Positions 6,477 through 10,818 of a stretch of DNA of 10,818 nt are shown in pieces. The first letter of the stretch is position 1. Each line of letters begins with the position of its first letter. Position numbers and translations under genes: made by a program. A model generated the notes under the pieces. It worked only from the letters and a program-made list of their open reading frames with translations. It had not been told where the DNA came from and did not search any database. Source of the DNA: Candidatus Methylomirabilia bacterium (GTDB lineage: Bacteria; Methylomirabilota; Methylomirabilia; Rokubacteriales; CSP1-6); assembly GCA_046758965.1 (NCBI GenBank), contig JBHIBG010000090.1:1-10818 (forward strand), in the 5' to 3' direction.

Positions 6477-7342
6477 CTCCGGTCGAGCCCAAGCCTGCTG
6501 CCTCCGTGGTGCTCATCCGCCCCGGGTTGCCTCGCGGAGGGGAGCGAGTCGCAGCGCCAGCCTCTGAGAATCCCGCCCTGTCGCCGGACCCTCTTGAGGT
6601 GTACGTGATCCGCCGGCACTCCAAGATGCGCTTCCTCGGCGGCTACTATGCGTTCCCCGGCGGCAAGGTGGACGTCTCCGATGTTGCCGCGGAGACCTTG
6701 GCACGCTGTCGGGGGGTGTCGGCCGAGGCGGCCGAGCGGCTGCTCCCGAGCGCGGAGGGGATTCCGGCGCTTGCCTACTGGGTGACTGCCATCCGGGAGC
6801 TCTTCGAGGAGACAGGAGTCCTCATCGCCTCGGACGGAAGCGGGCGGCCCGTGGACCCGGGAGACCGTGACGTGGCCGCCCGGGTGGAGCGCTGCCGCAA
6901 GGCCCTGATCGCCGACGAGTGCCCGGTGGGCGAGCTTCTGGCACGGGAAGGGTGGTATCTCGACCTCCGGCTCCTCCGTTACCTCTCGCACTTCATTACG
7001 CCGGCCTCGAGCCCGATCCGCTTCACGGCGCGGTTCTTCCTCTCGCCGCTGCCGGTGAGCCAGGAGCCGCGCCTGTTCCTGGAGGAGACCTCCGAAGGGT
7101 TCTGGGTCTCCCCTCGCGAGGCGTACCGGCGCTTTTCCGCCGGGGAGATGGCGATGGCCGAGCCTGCCGAGTACGCCTTTCGCTACCTGGCGCAGTTTGA
7201 CAGCGAAGAGGCAGTGTGGGCCAATCACGTCGATGGGAGGCACAGGTTCCACGGGACCGTGCATCAGGTCGAGTTCTACGGCAAGGGGTATGACTGGGCG
7301 ACCGGGAGCTGGAAGTCGGACAAGCCGGCATGGCATCCATAG
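6473..7342 (+). CDS. NUDIX hydrolase, NUDT19-like (putative acyl-CoA/CoA diphosphatase)
   Basis: Probable TTG start at 6473 overlaps the upstream TGA (TTGA), giving 289 aa. PKPAASVVLIR...EVYVIRR...YAFPGGKVD, then an insertion, then AIRELFEETGV (split Nudix box), and SHFITPASSPIRFTARFF. The start codon is inferred. Confidence 0.88.
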   Translation: MTPVEPKPAASVVLIRPGLPRGGERVAAPASENPALSPDPLEVYVIRRHSKMRFLGGYYAFPGGKVDVSDVAAETLARCRGVSAEAAERLLPSAEGIPALAYWVTAIRELFEETGVLIASDGSGRPVDPGDRDVAARVERCRKALIADECPVGELLAREGWYLDLRLLRYLSHFITPASSPIRFTARFFLSPLPVSQEPRLFLEETSEGFWVSPREAYRRFSAGEMAMAEPAEYAFRYLAQFDSEEAVWANHVDGRHRFHGTVHQVEFYGKGYDWATGSWKSDKPAWHP

Positions 7343-8193
7343 CGAGTAACCCTTTCGGCGATTTGCCTGAGAGTGCGACGCCGAGCGGGCTGGTGGGGCG
7401 GGTCCTCGGCCTGAATCCGGGCCTCATGACCGGCCCCGGCACCAACACCTACCTGGTCGGGGCAGAGGATCCGATCTTGATCGACACCGGAGCGGGGGTG
7501 CCGGGATACCTGCCGTTGCTCGATGACTACCTCGCCCGGCGTGGATGGAAGCGCCCCGCGCGGATCCTCCTGACTCACCGCCACCGTGACCACATGGGGG
7601 GCGTGCTCCAGCTTCGGGAGCGGTTTCCAGGGGTTCCCGTGTCGAAAATGATCTTCCGAGATCGGGAGCTCCCCGGCCCCATCGAAGACCTCAGGGACGG
7701 TCAAGCTGTCCGGGGCGATGGCGTGACGCTGATGCCGATCTACACCCCGGGCCACGCCTCCGATCATCTCTGCTACTACCTGGTCGAGGAACAGGCGCTC
7801 TTCACCGGCGACCTGATCCTCGGGGGATCCACCACCGTGATCCCCCCCGAGGACGGCGACCTGGAGGAGTACCTGACCTCGCTCAGGAAGCTCCAGCTGG
7901 TGGATGTGAAGCGCATCTACCCGGCCCATGGCCCGGTCATCGAGGATGGGCCCGCCAAGATCCAGGAGTATCTCGACCACCGCCTCCTCAGGGAACGCCA
8001 GATCCTCGAAGCCTTGGGCGACGGGCTCCGCACGATCCCGGAGATGGTGGCCCGAATCTACGCTGAGGTCTCGCCAGCCCTCCACAGCGCCGCCGCCCTG
8101 TCAGTTCACTCCCATCTCATCAAGCTGACCAAAGACGGGCGAGTGTCAGAAGAGCGCCGTCCCCACCGCCCCTCACGTTGGACGCTCCGGTAG
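7330..8193 (+). CDS. Metallo-beta-lactamase-fold hydrolase, LACTB2-like, with probable C-terminal winged helix
   Basis: RVLGLNPGLMTGPGTNTYLVG, LIDTG, THRHRDHMGG (HxHxDH), TPGHASDH, LFTGD, YPAHGP, and the C-terminal VARIY...SVHSHLIKLTKDGRV. Overlaps the NUDIX gene by 13 nt. Confidence 0.93.
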   Translation: MASIASNPFGDLPESATPSGLVGRVLGLNPGLMTGPGTNTYLVGAEDPILIDTGAGVPGYLPLLDDYLARRGWKRPARILLTHRHRDHMGGVLQLRERFPGVPVSKMIFRDRELPGPIEDLRDGQAVRGDGVTLMPIYTPGHASDHLCYYLVEEQALFTGDLILGGSTTVIPPEDGDLEEYLTSLRKLQLVDVKRIYPAHGPVIEDGPAKIQEYLDHRLLRERQILEALGDGLRTIPEMVARIYAEVSPALHSAAALSVHSHLIKLTKDGRVSEERRPHRPSRWTLR

Positions 8194-8224
8194 GGCTTCT
8201 CAGGAACGGCGCGCGCGGGGCGGG

Positions 8225-8956
8225 CTACTTTCGGCTGGCGTCGACCAGGCCGTGGAAGAGCCGGCGGGCTGCCGGGTCCCAGCTAAACAGCTCCTCAGGG
8301 TGCCACTGCACACCGAGGACGAAGCGGTTTGAGTCAGGGTCATCCAGCTCAACGCCCTCGACAATCCCATCCGGGGCGAACGCCACCGGCAGGAGCCCCC
8401 GCCCGAGGGCTTTTACCGCCTGGTGGTGCATGCTGTTGACCTCGAGCTCCTCGACACCCAGAACACGGGAGAGGGCGCTCCCGGGAACAGCCTTCACCCC
8501 GTGAGTCGGCTGGTTGCGAGGCTCGGTCTGGCTGTGCGCGATGGTCGTGCCCGGGTCGCTCGCCAGATCCTGGTAGAGGCTTCCGCCGAGCGCGACATTC
8601 AGCACCTGGATCCCCCGGCAGGCAGCCAGGATCGGCCGGCGTGACTCGAGGAAGTGTCGGACGAGCCAGAGTTCAACTTGATCACGGGCTGGCGAGACTT
8701 CGGAGGTTGTCGGGTGGCGGGACTCCCCGAATGTCGACGGGTGCATATCGCCGCCGCCGGTGAGGAGCAGCCCGTCAAGCCGGCTGGCCAGTTCCGGGAG
8801 GGAGTGCTCCTCGAGCTGAGGCGGGAGGGGGACGGGAACGCCGCCCGCTTTCTGGACCGCCTCGAGGTAGGCGGAGTTCACGTAGGCCCGTTCGGGATTT
8901 TTCCCAACGGCAACGGTAATGGAGGTGGTCACGCCGATCAGCGGATGGCGGCTCAT
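8225..8956 (-). CDS. Gamma-glutamyl-gamma-aminobutyrate hydrolase family protein (peptidase C26, PuuD-like, class I glutamine amidotransferase fold)
   Basis: PLIGVT, AGGVPVPLP, LDGLLLTGGGD, ACRGIQVLNVALGGSLYQD (Cys113 nucleophile), VNSMHHQAV, GVQWHPE (His-Glu). SD-like AAGGGG upstream of the ATG. Confidence 0.94.
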   Translation of the reverse strand: MSRHPLIGVTTSITVAVGKNPERAYVNSAYLEAVQKAGGVPVPLPPQLEEHSLPELASRLDGLLLTGGGDMHPSTFGESRHPTTSEVSPARDQVELWLVRHFLESRRPILAACRGIQVLNVALGGSLYQDLASDPGTTIAHSQTEPRNQPTHGVKAVPGSALSRVLGVEELEVNSMHHQAVKALGRGLLPVAFAPDGIVEGVELDDPDSNRFVLGVQWHPEELFSWDPAARRLFHGLVDASRK

Positions 8957-9017
8957 GCTTACCCCTTACCAGTTACGGTACTCCCTCGCGGGGAGCGTTA
9001 TCAAGCTACTGGGCACC

Positions 9018-9049
9018 TTGACGGGTCGATCCCGCTGTGGTGCTATAGC
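9018..9049 (+). promoter_or_regulatory. Sigma70-type promoter candidate for the GGT-family gene
   Basis: TTGACG (9018-9023), 17 nt, TGCTAT (9041-9046). An alternative reading is extended -10 TG-C-TATAGC (9041-9049). Confidence 0.6.
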
Positions 9050-9054
9050 GTGAC

Positions 9055-10818
9055 ATGACACTGGATAGCGCCCATTCCGAGGCGGCTGATCTTCCCCCGG
9101 CCGGCCAGAGCACTCAGGTGATGGGGGTTCGCTGGATGGTGGCGGCGGGTCATCCACTCGCGGCACAGGCCGCGGCCAAGATTCTCGAAGCGGGCGGCAA
9201 CGCCGTGGATGCGGGAGTGGCTGCGGGGATCTGCCTCGGTGTGGTCCATCCCGACATGGTCAGCGTAGCCGGGGTGGCCCCGATCATCGTTCACCTGGCC
9301 AGGACGCGGGAGACCTGGACGGTTTCGGGGGTGGGGACTTGGCCCCGAGCGGCTCGCATCGAGGTGTTCCACCAGCGCTTTGGCGGTGAGATTCCAGTTG
9401 GAATTCCGCGCACCGTGGTGCCGGCCGCTCCTGACGCCTGGTGCACGGCTCTGGCGCTCTGGGGCAGGCTGAGCTTCGCAGAGGTTGCCGCGCCCGCCAT
9501 CGAGTGCGCGGAGCGCGGCTTTCCAGTCTCCGGCTTTTCAGCCAGATGCTTTGAGGCCAACCAGGAGACCTATCGTCGGTGGCCTACCTCCGCGGCCCTC
9601 TTTCTGCCCGATGGCCGTCCGCTCAGGGCGGGTGAGCGGTTGGTCCAGGGTGAACTGGCGCGGACCCTCAAGGTGATGACTGAGGCCGAGCGTCAGGCCG
9701 CTCGCCGCGGGCGGGCCGAGGCGATCCGGGCGGCCCGCGACGAGTTTTACAGAGGCGAGATCGCCAGGGCGATCTGCGCCTACCATCGCGAGCAGGGTGG
9801 TCTCCTGACGCTGGAGGATCTGGCAGGGTTCCAGGTCGAGGTGAGCCCGGCGCTCACCGGAAGCTTCCACGGCCTCGAGGTGGCCACGTGCGGTTTCTGG
9901 TGCCAGGGCCCTGCGCTCCTGCAGATCCTGAACCTCCTCGAGCCCTATGACCTCGCCAAGCGGGGGCCCAACTCCCCCTCCTATCTCCACCTGCTCGTGG
10001 AAGCGATCAAGCTGGCGTTCGCTGACCGTGAGGCCTACTACGGCGACCCCGCCCAGATCAAGGTCCCAGCCGACGCTCTCCTCTCGAAGGCTTACGCTCT
10101 GGCCCGCCGCACCTTGATCCGGGAGGAGCGCGCCTGGCCCGACATGCCGCCGCCAGGGGACCCGTCCAGCCTGAGCGCCGTTCGGGAAGGGGCGCGCCAG
10201 CCTCAGGAGTCTCTCGTGCGGGGTAGGTCAGCTGTCGCGGACACCAGCTATGTGGCGGTGGTCGATGCCGAGGGGAACGCCTTCTCCGCCACACCGAGCG
10301 ACCCGTCAGTGGACTCGCCCGTCGTCCCCGGCGTGGGTTGCGTGGTGTCACCTCGTGGCTCTCAGTCGTGGCTCGACCCTGACCACCCGAGCGCGGTAGC
10401 TCCCGGTCGGCGCCCGCGGCTCACCCCGTCCCCCGCCATGGTGTTCAAGGACGGACGGCTGTTCATGCCCTTTGGCACGCCGGGCGGAGATGTCCAGCTC
10501 CAGGCCATGCTCCAGGTCTTCCTGAACATCGTGGTCTTCGGGATGGTGCCTCAGCGAGCCGTGGAGGAGCCCCGGATAGCCTCGCGGAGCTTTCCGGACT
10601 CCTTCTGGCCCCACGCCGCCTTTCCCGGTCAGCTCCGGGTGGAGGGCCGGATTCCCTCAGAGGTCACGAGCGCACTGGCCGATCTCGGGCACCGCACCGA
10701 ACCCTGGCCGGACTGGGAGTGGCGGGCGGGGGCGGTCTGCGCGATCGTGGTGGCCCCGGACCGGACACTCCTGGCCGCGGCGGATCCCCGCCGCAGCTCT
10801 CACGCGATCGGCTGGTAA
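9055..10818 (+). CDS. Gamma-glutamyltransferase family Ntn hydrolase (cytoplasmic, YwrD/HpxW-like type)
   Basis: MVAAGHPLAAQAAAKILEAGGNAVDAGVA, FYRGEIA, GGLLTLEDL, EAIKLAFADREAYYGDP, autoprocessing site AD|TSYVAVVDAEGNAFSAT (Thr397, codon 10243-10245), PGRRP, FGTPGGDVQ, AADPRR. No signal peptide. TAA at 10816-10818. Confidence 0.94.
   Translation: MTLDSAHSEAADLPPAGQSTQVMGVRWMVAAGHPLAAQAAAKILEAGGNAVDAGVAAGICLGVVHPDMVSVAGVAPIIVHLARTRETWTVSGVGTWPRAARIEVFHQRFGGEIPVGIPRTVVPAAPDAWCTALALWGRLSFAEVAAPAIECAERGFPVSGFSARCFEANQETYRRWPTSAALFLPDGRPLRAGERLVQGELARTLKVMTEAERQAARRGRAEAIRAARDEFYRGEIARAICAYHREQGGLLTLEDLAGFQVEVSPALTGSFHGLEVATCGFWCQGPALLQILNLLEPYDLAKRGPNSPSYLHLLVEAIKLAFADREAYYGDPAQIKVPADALLSKAYALARRTLIREERAWPDMPPPGDPSSLSAVREGARQPQESLVRGRSAVADTSYVAVVDAEGNAFSATPSDPSVDSPVVPGVGCVVSPRGSQSWLDPDHPSAVAPGRRPRLTPSPAMVFKDGRLFMPFGTPGGDVQLQAMLQVFLNIVVFGMVPQRAVEEPRIASRSFPDSFWPHAAFPGQLRVEGRIPSEVTSALADLGHRTEPWPDWEWRAGAVCAIVVAPDRTLLAAADPRRSSHAIGW

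Noticed and set aside
6437..8085. - strand ORFs 6437..7336 and 7276..8085
   Set aside because: Antisense shadows of the NUDIX and MBL genes.
7330..8193. MBL gene as an antibiotic-resistance beta-lactamase
   Set aside because: No signal peptide. The LACTB2-type NPG.MT..GTNTY motif and C-terminal helical extension point to a cytoplasmic housekeeping hydrolase.
8194..8224. Bidirectional terminator between the convergent MBL and C26 genes
   Set aside because: Only a GCGCGCGC run and G-rich sequence; no proper stem-loop with U-tracts.
8225..10818. Assigning the symbols puuD and ggt
   Set aside because: Only family-level support. There is no puu gene context and the GGT pocket is non-canonical, so orthology is not established.

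Overview
GC-rich bacterial genomic window with eight supportable protein-coding genes in three blocks and no rRNA, tRNA, CRISPR array or transposase that I can see. (1) Surface-glycosylation-type block: the 3' end of a TMTC-like TPR protein (+, truncated at the window start) converges on a 959-aa membrane protein (-) that appears to be two different GT-C-fold glycosyltransferases fused in tandem. (2) A + strand acyl-CoA operon behind a near-consensus sigma70 promoter with a TetR-style palindrome: two acyl-CoA dehydrogenases with complementary motif loss (predicted alpha2beta2 pair), a NUDT19-like NUDIX hydrolase and a LACTB2-like metallo-beta-lactamase-fold hydrolase. (3) A divergent pair: a PuuD/peptidase C26 glutamine-amidotransferase-like hydrolase (-) and a cytoplasmic gamma-glutamyltransferase-family Ntn hydrolase (+) with a non-canonical pocket and a probably leaderless transcript. 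The best candidates for uncharacterised biology are the double GT-C fusion with its in-frame upstream ORF, the ACAD-pair/NUDIX/MBL module and the C26/GGT-like divergon. All assignments come from motifs recognised by eye; no database search was run.
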